This document shows, one piece after another, positions 20,778 to 29,919 of a stretch of DNA of 64,000 bases. The first letter of the stretch is position 1; each line of letters starts with the position of its first letter. The DNA is taken from positions 1,664,001 through 1,728,000 of the forward strand of contig OZ245020.1 in NCBI GenBank assembly GCA_965223865.1, given 5' to 3'. The position numbers and the translations under genes are program-made. The stretch comes from Nitrosarchaeum sp. GTDB lineage: Archaea; Thermoproteota; Nitrososphaeria; Nitrososphaerales; Nitrosopumilaceae. The notes under the pieces were generated by a model, which worked only from the letters and a program-made list of their open reading frames with translations, was not told the origin of the DNA and searched no databases.

Positions 20778-21095
20778 GTGACAATATATTCAGTTAAAGC
20801 TAGATACATTGAAGAAAAGATGAAGGAATTTTATCAGAAACTAACTGATGGTACAATTCAGAACCAGAAACCTGATGGGCAGGAGATAATTAATTCAATG
20901 AAACGTGCTAAAATAACTGAACATGATGTAATTCAATGGTCTGAGATGTGTTTTTGTTCCCCTCCATTAAAACATGAACGTGAAACTGTGTACAATCAAT
21001 TTCTAACAGACATGGAAATTACAGTCATTGATGATTATGTAGAGTATGAGGGAGAATTGTTTATGGATTTTTTAGCAAAACAAAGTAAAGAATAA
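20778..21095 (+). CDS. Conserved hypothetical protein
   Basis: 105 aa, QKPDGQEI..WSEMCFCSPPLKHERETVY. Confidence 0.75.
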   Translation: MTIYSVKARYIEEKMKEFYQKLTDGTIQNQKPDGQEIINSMKRAKITEHDVIQWSEMCFCSPPLKHERETVYNQFLTDMEITVIDDYVEYEGELFMDFLAKQSKE

Positions 21096-21101
21096 TTCAA
21101 A

Positions 21102-21337
21102 TCATGGGAATCTGTTCTTTATCCACTTACATGAATTTTCGTCAATGGTATGAGTACCATTATCATAGATATACAATGACAAAGAACCACTTCGCTCAAA
21201 GCCCATTGCACAGTTGTACAAAATTATTCCCAAATGATCTGCTGTCTGTGCAACGTAAAAGGAATAATTATTGTGATTAGAACAATTGTAGTTATCAGAA
21301 CTATCGCAATCAAAATAACAAAATTTCTAGTTTTCAT
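21102..21337 (-). pseudogene. Frameshifted small membrane-anchored protein (MKTRNFVILI.. / ..YDNGTHTIDENSCKW)
   Basis: ATG overlaps the upstream TGA; frame 1 gives a signal anchor then stops; a shifted frame continues to TGA at 21102-21104. Confidence 0.6.
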
Positions 21338-21342
21338 TTTCT
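21326..21342 (-). repeat. 17-bp junction repeat AGAAAATGAAAACTAGA
   Basis: Identical to 21964-21980. Confidence 0.9.
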
Positions 21343-21975
21343 TCTCCAGTATAATGTCAAACCAATTCCTGAACCTGCATCTATTACTATTGCACTAATT
21401 ATTATCGGCAAAGTAAAGCTATACTCGTTAAAAATTCCAATACCTGAACCAAAACCCATGCTTTCTTCTGCTAGAAACCTTTTCTCAGATGCTAGTCTCA
21501 ATGATTCGTCATCAGAATACGGATCATGTGGAACAATGATTTTTTCTTCTTGAGGATCTTCATCTAGTAATGTTTGACTTCCAATTACTCTGGTAGAACA
21601 CATGTTAGTTTGACCTACAGAATTTTGTTCAGTAATGCCCCAGCCAAACACTTGATAGGTATTTCCTTTACTATAATTAGGATCACAAGAATTAAGCATT
21701 CTAGTTTCATTTTCACTAAAGTAGAGATTTACATTTGTCATAACAAAATATCCTTCTTTCAAATCTCCTTTCTGAACAGAATGTATCATAAAATGCACTT
21801 TTTGAAAATCTGAACCATCTTCTGTTTTGATCACGGTTCCTTGAAATGCCGTATCTGCATTTGCTAATGTCTCAAAGTAATCAGGATTTGCAGCACAAGA
21901 ACATGCAAAAGATTCTTGATATACTAAAGTCGATATAAGTAAAACAGATACAAATATGAATAATCTAGTTTTCAT
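21334..21975 (-). CDS. Secreted, C-terminally anchored protein with TIMP/NTR-like domain
   Basis: Signal peptide ESFA followed by CSC..ADTAFQGTV; C-terminal TM-like segment and WRRK. Confidence 0.75.
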   Translation of the reverse strand: MKTRLFIFVSVLLISTLVYQESFACSCAANPDYFETLANADTAFQGTVIKTEDGSDFQKVHFMIHSVQKGDLKEGYFVMTNVNLYFSENETRMLNSCDPNYSKGNTYQVFGWGITEQNSVGQTNMCSTRVIGSQTLLDEDPQEEKIIVPHDPYSDDESLRLASEKRFLAEESMGFGSGIGIFNEYSFTLPIIISAIVIDAGSGIGLTLYWRRK

Positions 21976-21980
21976 TTTCT
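21964..21980 (-). repeat. 17-bp junction repeat AGAAAATGAAAACTAGA
   Basis: Identical to 21326-21342. Confidence 0.9.
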
Positions 21981-22925
21981 CTTCTCAATTAATTCTAATA
22001 ATTCCTCAGGCAGACTGTCATACTGTTTTTCATATTGTTTAATCATGTCTTGGGTACTTTGATCATCAAAGTAACCATGAACCATTTTCCCAACAATATT
22101 TCCCAAGTCTCCTTGTTTGTTCATCTCTGAGAAAAACTTCCATTGGGATTCTGGATCGACAATACCAGTCATTGATTCTCTTTCTAACTGTCTGCGTTTT
22201 TCATTCAATGTTTGAGAGTAATCATAAATAGATTGACGCCATGGATCTAGTACTATCTTGCAAAATTCCCCATTGGAATAGTTGGATATAATATCGTCAT
22301 AGTTGTGTGTTGCAAATCTATAGTCGGTATCACCATCAAAACAATGTAAAAATAATGATTCTTTGTCTGTTATTTCATGGGTGCATGAACTTAGATGAAA
22401 GTATGTTGATGCACTCTGATTTTTACTATTTATTGCAAACAATCCATAATGGATATTGGATTGATGACTTCTTTCATCTTGAATGGATAATTCAAGATTG
22501 TATGGAGCATATTTTTTTGTAAATATTTTATAATTTTCAGTCTGTGAGAGTTTTTTCATGTGCAGAGGGATCATCCTCTCAAAATCACATACGGATGATG
22601 GTTCTAAATCAAATCGTTCTGCCCAATGAGTGCTATTTTGGAATGGATAGTACCCTTCAAGTAACTTTACATGTTCAATTTCTAATCCCAGATAATCTGA
22701 AGAAATTTCTTTTAATTTTTCTTGCATTTGTTTTTTTGATTCATCAAATTTTTGTTCATTTCCTATCAATTGGTATTTTTTTGATAATTCATTAATTTGA
22801 ACTAGTTCGTTAGAATGCTTTTCAAATGATATTGATTTTGGAGAATCAGGATTTTGATAAATAAGAAATAAAGTAGAAGATACAAGGAACGTCATTATGA
22901 CAATTATTTTAAATTCAATTTTCAT
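21972..22925 (-). CDS. Hypothetical membrane-anchored protein
   Basis: Start taken at MKIEF inside the junction motif; N-terminal TM helix; 317 aa. Confidence 0.78.
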   Translation of the reverse strand: MKIEFKIIVIMTFLVSSTLFLIYQNPDSPKSISFEKHSNELVQINELSKKYQLIGNEQKFDESKKQMQEKLKEISSDYLGLEIEHVKLLEGYYPFQNSTHWAERFDLEPSSVCDFERMIPLHMKKLSQTENYKIFTKKYAPYNLELSIQDERSHQSNIHYGLFAINSKNQSASTYFHLSSCTHEITDKESLFLHCFDGDTDYRFATHNYDDIISNYSNGEFCKIVLDPWRQSIYDYSQTLNEKRRQLERESMTGIVDPESQWKFFSEMNKQGDLGNIVGKMVHGYFDDQSTQDMIKQYEKQYDSLPEELLELIEKRK

Positions 22926-23082
22926 TTCCATGTTTTCCATAACAATCATCTGGCGACGCAACCTTTGTTACAATCTCCAAGTCATATTGAGGAATATCAA
23001 TAATTATTGAATCAACATATGCATAAGCAACTCCAGTAGAGAAAACTGAAGAAAAAAGTACAAGGAGCAGAGGAATTTTCAA
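22915..23082 (-). CDS. 55-aa signal-peptide ORF, probably truncated (MKIPLLLVLF..DDCYGKHGNEN)
   Basis: TTG start, AYA cleavage-like site, stop falls inside the junction motif. Confidence 0.55.
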   Translation of the reverse strand: MKIPLLLVLFSSVFSTGVAYAYVDSIIIDIPQYDLEIVTKVASPDDCYGKHGNEN

Positions 23083-23173
23083 ACAATGTGACTCAATTTA
23101 GGATATTCATAAAGTGTTCTGATGTTTGTTCTGTTAAAAAGACGGTTAGTTCAAGACTCTACAAGTTAAACCC

Positions 23174-23211
23174 CACTAGGAATCAACTACAATTCGAGTA
23201 TCAAAAGGGAC
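23174..23211 (+). repeat. ~38-bp intergenic repeat, copy B (CACTAGGAATCAACTACAAT..GTATCAAAAGGGAC)
   Basis: Aligns with 20497-20535. Confidence 0.8.
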
Positions 23212-23291
23212 AGAAATAAGATAAAAATCAATTTTGATAAAAATAAGAATATGTTAAAAGAGTAAAAGATATAATTTTGTCAATGGTTTTG

Positions 23292-23748
23292 ATGAAAACT
23301 TTCCTTATCGGACTGTCTGTTTGTTTGCCTATTGCAGTAACATCAGAAGTTTTTGCAGAGACCATCATTCCATATAGAGGAATATTTGAGTGTGGGAGAT
23401 TCCAGATATTTTACTGATATTGGAAGGTTTTTAGTTTTTGAGGATATTGTGACTGGTAATGGAGAAGTAATTTGGGTTCCAGATTAAGGTGATGGCACAG
23501 GAGGTTATGAAATTAGTCGTTATACAATTTCTGACGATATTGGAAACAGTATTTCTTTTGAAGCTAAAGAAATATTTTATCAGGAATATGCTAATCATAA
23601 ATTTACCGTTGGACAATATGAGTGGAAAATTCTTAATGGTACAGGCAAGTTTGTAGGAGCTACCGGTCAAGGAATGGATCGTGTATGGTACAAATTATCT
23701 GATATGTCATATAGAGGAATTTCGTCAGGAAGTATTATTCTTGAATAA
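23292..23748 (+). pseudogene. Degraded secreted beta-barrel protein (dirigent/allene-oxide-cyclase-like)
   Basis: Signal peptide MKTFLIG..VFA, one frameshift or deletion, one internal TAA, then WKILNGTGKFVGATGQG. Confidence 0.65.
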
Positions 23749-24018
23749 TTCTCTTAGCAATCCAAGATTTACTTAAAGACGATCCGAATCTTTAAATTCA
23801 AACTTTTTCTGGGAAATAATTTTTGCTCGATCCGCTTTAGGGACTTACCATATTATTCATATAATGAAATCTTGTCAATACTTTATTGTAGATTTTAGTT
23901 TTCTTGTTTTGTTGCAAATTCTTTTTGAGATACCAATGTATACTTATTAATTCCCAATCTCTTTCTTTCCCCCTAATAATCATGTTCATGATTTTTCTTG
24001 ATTTCGTCTAAGGTTCAC

Positions 24019-24456
24019 TTACTCTATTCCCTTGGTAATGAGGACAGGGCATTTTGCATGTCCTATTACATTACTTGCAACACTTCCCAAGACAATCTTT
24101 CTAAAACCTGTTCTGCCATGAGACCCCATAACTATCAAATCAACATTGTTGTTGTCTGCATAAGATACAATACCATCAGCCGATGATGGATTGTGGATTA
24201 CTTTTATTGACAATTGAATATTTTTGGACTTTGCCTTTTCTTCTAGATTTTTAAGCATTGCAGTAGCATCTTCAATCTGTTCATCTTGCATTTCTCCAAG
24301 TCGTTCAATGGAAACTCCAGAAGAATCTCCTAATTTTGCCTGCAAGACAGTTAACGCTGTCAGTTTTGAATCGAATTTCGAGGTTATCTCCAATGCCTTT
24401 TCAAATGCCTTTTCTGAGTATTTAGAACCATCAAACGGGACTAGAATATTTTTCAA
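24019..24456 (-). CDS. Universal stress protein (UspA family)
   Basis: ILVPFDGS, DLIVMGSHGRTG, LGSVA, CPVL. Confidence 0.95.
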   Translation of the reverse strand: MKNILVPFDGSKYSEKAFEKALEITSKFDSKLTALTVLQAKLGDSSGVSIERLGEMQDEQIEDATAMLKNLEEKAKSKNIQLSIKVIHNPSSADGIVSYADNNNVDLIVMGSHGRTGFRKIVLGSVASNVIGHAKCPVLITKGIE

Positions 24457-24726
24457 TACGTGGTTGTTTATTTTTTTGAATTTATATCCTTTGAATAATT
24501 TTTTCCTACCTATCTGATTTTTTTTGTTAAAATTTCACCATGATTTTTTTAAAATACTAATACTTTACTCATGAGAGACCAAATTCTACATTTTTTTAAA
24601 ATTATCAAATAGATTTTTTTATTTTGATGAGACATGGCCTGTCATTGCCGAGGATTTTAGAATTAAAATCATTATACAACTACAATGTTCAGGTCTAGTT
24701 GCTCTAGATTTTGGGAATAAGAGAGT

Positions 24727-25191
24727 TTATGCAGATTCTGAGATGTCATCTTGTAAGTTGACTACCTTGAATATTTTGACAACGTAATCCCCTTCAAAAA
24801 AGTTTGTTACTTCTCCAGTGTCCATATTCACATCTCTTACCCGGAACTTGTATTCGTAAGAACCGTTATCTTCCACATCAACTTGGGCAACATGTATTGG
24901 GTCATCCCCATTTTCTTCATTGAAGAATTGTATAATGACAGGATAGTCTTGTGCATGATTATCTATTTTGCCTTCAACATACGCCCAAGGCAGAGTATTG
25001 TCCTTTGGAATGTTTAGCAGCATGGTTGTCTTTTCAATACTAGTATCATCACTGTGTGGAATAACTGTGGTTTCTGCAGTTTGAGATTGTGGTTCTGCAA
25101 GAGAGTTTGGCATTACTGCGACTGTAAAGAGCACTCCAACTGAAAACAATCCCATAATTAGAACTGTGTTTCTTGAAATTCCACTTTTCAT
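24727..25191 (-). CDS. Secreted hypothetical protein
   Basis: Signal anchor; YPVIIQF..GSYEYKFRV..FEGDY. Confidence 0.75.
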   Translation of the reverse strand: MKSGISRNTVLIMGLFSVGVLFTVAVMPNSLAEPQSQTAETTVIPHSDDTSIEKTTMLLNIPKDNTLPWAYVEGKIDNHAQDYPVIIQFFNEENGDDPIHVAQVDVEDNGSYEYKFRVRDVNMDTGEVTNFFEGDYVVKIFKVVNLQDDISESA

Positions 25192-25547
25192 GAGGTTTTT
25201 CCTTTTTTGTGTTTTAAAAGAATTGCTCCAAATTTACACCTAATAGAAGGATAATTTCCAGAAACTAAGAGAGCATTCCAAGTGTGTTCATATAAGATAT
25301 TAAAAGAATCGTTTGTCCCAATAAAGCCACCGGGGCGCTCATCAAGTTTTATCGAACCTAGATTATTTTGAATATCTAAAATAGTATTTGGGATATTTGA
25401 CATGTAATTTCCAAGCAGAATAAATGGAGCAAATACTAGACCTGTTCCTGCTGCGCCAATCATCTTCAAAAAATCGCGTCTAGAGAGTTCATTATTTCTC
25501 TCTTGTTTTTTAGTCTACAGAGAACAGCTTTTATGCTGTTCCGACAT
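25188..25547 (-). pseudogene. Remnant of a Tat-exported protein (in-frame TAG at 25515-25517)
   Basis: MSEQHKSCSL*TKKQERNNELSRRDFLKMIGAAGTGLVFAPF. Confidence 0.6.
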
Positions 25548-25635
25548 GGTCTATAATATGTATTTCATATCTAAACTATGAGAAACAATTTTTTGAATTG
25601 ATGTTATGATTGGAAAAATTCATTAATCAATAGTT

Positions 25636-26121
25636 TTAGGATTGTGGGTTTATTTTGCATTCTACTTTGAGTGATTTAACAGTTGTATAGTACGTAAGCA
25701 CAAGTACTCCAATTGCAGCTATTCTTATTGGAATCTCAAAATTTGTCAGAAAAGAGGATGCTGTAGCTCCTACAGTTCCAAAAGTAGAGATTACTGCAAA
25801 TCCAATAGGACCACAGCTACATGCACCTGCAGCAGCACCAATTATTGAGCCAAATACTCCTCCACCCATTTTCTTTTTTGAGCTTTTCAGAATATTGATT
25901 CGATAGACATTCATTGGAATTACCAATGCAGACAATCCAGACAAAATAACAATTAATGAAAATCCAATTTCTGTTCCCTTTGGAATATGACTGACTACAT
26001 AGGGTTCAAGAAAAACATACTCAGAGATTATCAACAACCCCATAAGCATGGGTAAAAAAATTGCAGTTGCCAGTGCAATGTATCGGTGATTGGAAAATAC
26101 GAGTTTGAGTGTGTTTGTCAT
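25636..26121 (-). CDS. Membrane protein with CSC motif
   Basis: About 4 TM helices, GACSCGPIG; 1-bp gap after the DsbA-like gene. Confidence 0.75.
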   Translation of the reverse strand: MTNTLKLVFSNHRYIALATAIFLPMLMGLLIISEYVFLEPYVVSHIPKGTEIGFSLIVILSGLSALVIPMNVYRINILKSSKKKMGGGVFGSIIGAAAGACSCGPIGFAVISTFGTVGATASSFLTNFEIPIRIAAIGVLVLTYYTTVKSLKVECKINPQS

Positions 26122-26122
26122 T

Positions 26123-26797
26123 TTATATCATAGAATCTAGTACTTGCTTAAAAACCGAATAAGGTTGAGCTCCTCCTATTTGTTGCTGACCATCAGGGCC
26201 TACAATGAAGAATCCAGGAGTGCCTCGTACCCCATGTTTTTTTGCCTCATCAATATTATGTTGAACTCTTTTAGAGTATTTTCCAGAATCAAGACAGTTT
26301 TCAAACAATTCCATATCAAGGCCTAAACTAAATGCAAATGCTTTTAGGCGTTCAGAATTTGCCCAACCATTATCAATTTTTGATTCTTGGGAATTGTACA
26401 GTATATCATGATACTCCCAGTATTTTCCTTGGTCTTCTGCGCAGTATGATGCCTGAGCAGCTCTAGGTGAATCTCTACCAAGAAAAGCAAGATCAACAAA
26501 AACAAAGTTTGCCTTACCAGTATCTACATAATTCTCAAATATAGCAGGTTTTGTGTTATGATACCAATTATAACATTGATGGCATTGATAATCACCAAAT
26601 TCCACAATAGTAATTGGCGCAGAAGGGTTTCCCAGAATTGAAGAACCCATTGCAGTTGAAATGGTGCCATGTGTTCGGCTCATATCTAAATTAACAGTTT
26701 CAGATTGGGACGATACAGAATAAGATGCAACGATTGCAATGATTACTGCAGTAACCACTGCACCTATTACAAGCCCCTTTCTCATATCAAAAAACAC
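26123..26797 (-). CDS. DsbA-family thiol-disulfide oxidoreductase
   Basis: EFGDYQCHQC, CAEDQGKYW, GTPGF; N-terminal anchor. Confidence 0.92.
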   Translation of the reverse strand: MFFDMRKGLVIGAVVTAVIIAIVASYSVSSQSETVNLDMSRTHGTISTAMGSSILGNPSAPITIVEFGDYQCHQCYNWYHNTKPAIFENYVDTGKANFVFVDLAFLGRDSPRAAQASYCAEDQGKYWEYHDILYNSQESKIDNGWANSERLKAFAFSLGLDMELFENCLDSGKYSKRVQHNIDEAKKHGVRGTPGFFIVGPDGQQQIGGAQPYSVFKQVLDSMI

Positions 26798-26816
26798 TGA
26801 AATTTGTTTAAAAAAC

Positions 26817-27029
26817 TTATTCCAAATTATGAGAGGATTTTCTTTTGAATAAACCAGTTATTTTTGAAATTGCAGTGTCTATAGGACATTCTTCACATGA
26901 GATACCAGAATTGTGTTTATCAAGATGTTTTTCAAATTTTTTTCTAGATTCAAAAACAGAGTCACATCTAGAACAGTAAACTTTGGTGGTGTTATTTTTG
27001 GGTAATTTTTCCACAAACAATTTTTGCAA
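26817..27029 (-). CDS. Small C2H2 zinc-finger protein
   Basis: CSRC..F..H...H plus CEECP. Confidence 0.7.
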   Translation of the reverse strand: MQKLFVEKLPKNNTTKVYCSRCDSVFESRKKFEKHLDKHNSGISCEECPIDTAISKITGLFKRKSSHNLE

Positions 27030-27064
27030 CTAGGCCTTATAAAGATCCTGTTAAAAACCATCTT

Positions 27065-27367
27065 ATGAAGAAAATAGCAAACAGGATTGTAACAGATTTT
27101 TTTGTTTTTGTCTTTGGAGTTTTATGGTTTTTTAGCATAAGATATCAAGTAAAGCCAGATCAATACAACATTATTGTTTATGATGTGTTAGGAAAACAAG
27201 TAAAACTTGATGGAATTAGAACAAGTTTCAAAACAAAGGAAGTTGCGACAAGTTTTCTAAAAGAATACAAGAATCGTTTTACACATTATGAGTTTTCAAT
27301 AGCAGAGACTATTCCTGAATTTAGGAGAAGATTAGTATTCTCAAAAATTTTAAGAAATCAAAGATAG
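27065..27367 (+). CDS. Hypothetical protein (start uncertain)
   Basis: ORF fills the gap; basic composition. Confidence 0.5.
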   Translation: MKKIANRIVTDFFVFVFGVLWFFSIRYQVKPDQYNIIVYDVLGKQVKLDGIRTSFKTKEVATSFLKEYKNRFTHYEFSIAETIPEFRRRLVFSKILRNQR

Positions 27368-27747
27368 TGTATTTTCATGTGGTTTTGATGTTCTACCTCA
27401 TATTGTGTAACAAACCCGCAATGAGAACACGAGAACATTTCAGGTGGGGGTGGAGATGGCTCTCGTTCAATAGACTTGCCAGAAATGGATTTAATTGTGA
27501 TTATATCATTACTAGAAATTACCGCAAAATTACGTCCCTCTCCTATTGAATCTAGAAATTCTCTAATTGATGAAATAACTACATTTGTGTCTACAGGTTC
27601 GTCATCGAACATGGATAATGTAAATTGGTGGTGTTTTATGGTAGGGATGGCTGCAACCTGATCAGATACATAGACTAGCAACTCATTTTTGATTGATGCA
27701 ACATCCTTACAATCAACTGTTAACATAGTCACCTTTTGCAGACTCAA
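27358..27747 (-). CDS. Hypothetical protein with C-terminal C2H2 zinc finger
   Basis: CSHCGFVTQYEVEHQNHMKIH. Confidence 0.8.
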   Translation of the reverse strand: MSLQKVTMLTVDCKDVASIKNELLVYVSDQVAAIPTIKHHQFTLSMFDDEPVDTNVVISSIREFLDSIGEGRNFAVISSNDIITIKSISGKSIEREPSPPPPEMFSCSHCGFVTQYEVEHQNHMKIHYL

Positions 27748-27807
27748 TATTTTAGTTTAACACATATTTTGAAAATAATTATTATGGTTTGAAAGTATTC
27801 AAAAGAG

Positions 27808-28194
27808 ATGAGGGACTCTGAGACATTTGGAATAGAAAAAGGACACGGAGAAGAAGTAGTGACCTGGCTCAATGAACAATCAAAGACTCAAAAAACAAAA
27901 TTAGAAGCAAGATTATACAATCACATACTAAGCACAAAAAATTTTGGAGATTTTGAAATGTTTTCTTGGATTGGGGATGTGCAAATAGCAAGAAAGATGA
28001 TAATAAAAGCTAGCAAAAGATTCAAGATCAAAGTGATAGAAGGAGGATACAAACCAAAAGAAAGAGTTTTCAGAATGAAAAAATTTGATTATGCCAAAAT
28101 TAGAAAAGGAGACAAGACCTTAGGCCACTTAGAATTAGAAGCATCAAGATTTGGAAGTAATCACTGGGAAGTAAAAGATGAAGAAAGAAGATAA
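27808..28194 (+). CDS. Conserved hypothetical protein
   Basis: 128-aa ORF leading a + strand operon. Confidence 0.75.
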   Translation: MRDSETFGIEKGHGEEVVTWLNEQSKTQKTKLEARLYNHILSTKNFGDFEMFSWIGDVQIARKMIIKASKRFKIKVIEGGYKPKERVFRMKKFDYAKIRKGDKTLGHLELEASRFGSNHWEVKDEERR

Positions 28195-28218
28195 ACAAAA
28201 TCAACATGAGGAAATAAA

Positions 28219-29088
28219 ATGAGAATAGGAATTATTGGAACTGGGATGTTAGGAAATGCAGTAGGCCTGCATTTGTTAGATTCAGGGTTTGAATTAACAG
28301 TATACAACAGAACAACTGAAAAGACAAAAGAACTAGAAAGTAATGGTGCCATAGTAGTTGATTCACCAAAAAAAGTAGCCGAGAATTCAGAACTGGTAAT
28401 AACTATTGTTAAAGATGCAAATGCAGTTAGGCAGGTGTCTTTTGAAGAAAAAGGAATCATTGAGGGAAAACATGAAGGTTTAACAGTTGCAGATATGAGT
28501 ACCATCAACCCTTCAGAATCAAAAAATATTTCAGAACAATATGAAAAAAATGGAATTACTAAATTAGACATCCCAGTCATGGGAGGACCAAATGTAGCAA
28601 TTTCTGGAGATTTAGTAGTAATGGCCTCCGGAAATAAGACAACATTTGAGAAATTCAAAAAAGTATTTGAAAAAATTGGAACCAAAGTTTTCTTTTTGGG
28701 CGAGAGTGGTACTGCGCATTCAGTAAAATTAGCTATGAATCTTCAAATAGCAATGCTTGCACTTTCTCTATCTGAAGGAATAATACTGGTAAGAGGAGCT
28801 AAGGTAGATCCCAAAGTATTTCTTGAAATTCTCAATTCAACTTATTTTAAAACGGGCATGAGCGAGAATAAAGCATACAAGATGATCAAAGATAAATTTC
28901 AAGCCACATTCACATTAGAAAATTTGAATAAAGACATCAAAACTATTGTTGAAACTTCAGATTCCTATGGACTAGATCTTCCAATGATCAAAAAAGCCCT
29001 AGAAATTTACCAAAATGCAACAAAACAAGGGTTTGGACAAATAGACTACACAGGAATTTTAGCATATCTCAAAAAAATAAATGAATAA
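28219..29088 (+). CDS. beta-Hydroxyacid dehydrogenase (3-hydroxyisobutyrate/6PGD family)
   Basis: GIIGTGMLG, YNRT, DMST, PVMGG, VKLAMN. Confidence 0.92.
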   Translation: MRIGIIGTGMLGNAVGLHLLDSGFELTVYNRTTEKTKELESNGAIVVDSPKKVAENSELVITIVKDANAVRQVSFEEKGIIEGKHEGLTVADMSTINPSESKNISEQYEKNGITKLDIPVMGGPNVAISGDLVVMASGNKTTFEKFKKVFEKIGTKVFFLGESGTAHSVKLAMNLQIAMLALSLSEGIILVRGAKVDPKVFLEILNSTYFKTGMSENKAYKMIKDKFQATFTLENLNKDIKTIVETSDSYGLDLPMIKKALEIYQNATKQGFGQIDYTGILAYLKKINE

Positions 29089-29157
29089 TATTTTTTGATC
29101 AAAATTAAGACTGATAACTACCAAAAATTCTATAAGTTACTCCAATAAACGAATATT

Positions 29158-29919
29158 ATGCGAATGAAAGATAAAGTTGCAATTGTAACTGGTGCTTCAA
29201 GCGATATCGGAAAAGAGGTAGCAAAGAAATTTGTTGAAGAAGGTGCCAAAGTCATTCTTGTTGCAAGAAATCTAGAAAAATTAGAAGTGGTCAGAAAAGA
29301 GATAGGAAACGAAGAAGCAACTGCATCAGTTCCATGTGATTTAACAGACGAATCACAGGTCATGCAAGCAATTAATCAAATTATTAACAATTATGGAAAA
29401 ATAGACATTCTAGTTAATAATGCAGGAGCAATTAATGATCCTGTCCATTTTCACGAGATGGCAGATTCAGAGATAAAAAAATTAATTGATGTAAATCTTT
29501 TTGGAGTTTTTCATATTACAAAAGCAGTTTTAGGAAAAATGTATGATGTTAAAAACGGAGTGATTATCAATATTGGTTCCATTTCAGGTGACAGAGCAGT
29601 TCCAAGAGTGCATTTGGCTGCATATTCAGCAACCAAAGCTGCAATCTCAATGTTCACAAAGGCAATAGCAGTAGAATATGCACGAAGTAACATCAGATGT
29701 AATTGTGTGAGTCCTGGAATAATAAAGTCAGGAATGATAAAGGTATTTTTGGACGATCCTGATGCAAGAAAAGTGTTAGAAGATAGGTTACCATTAGCAA
29801 GAATAGGAGAACCAGAAGATGTTGCAAACTCGGTATTATTCTTAGCTTCAGATGAAGCTAACTGGATTACAGGTGCTATTCTAAACGTAGATGGCGGAAA
29901 GACAGCTTCAGAAGCTTAA
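29158..29919 (+). CDS. Short-chain dehydrogenase/reductase
   Basis: [21 protein letters not shown]. Confidence 0.95.
   Translation: MRMKDKVAIVTGASSDIGKEVAKKFVEEGAKVILVARNLEKLEVVRKEIGNEEATASVPCDLTDESQVMQAINQIINNYGKIDILVNNAGAINDPVHFHEMADSEIKKLIDVNLFGVFHITKAVLGKMYDVKNGVIINIGSISGDRAVPRVHLAAYSATKAAISMFTKAIAVEYARSNIRCNCVSPGIIKSGMIKVFLDDPDARKVLEDRLPLARIGEPEDVANSVLFLASDEANWITGAILNVDGGKTASEA

Noticed and set aside
23431-23670. 79-aa minus-strand ORF
   Set aside because: Antisense to the + strand pseudogene, which carries the recognisable motif
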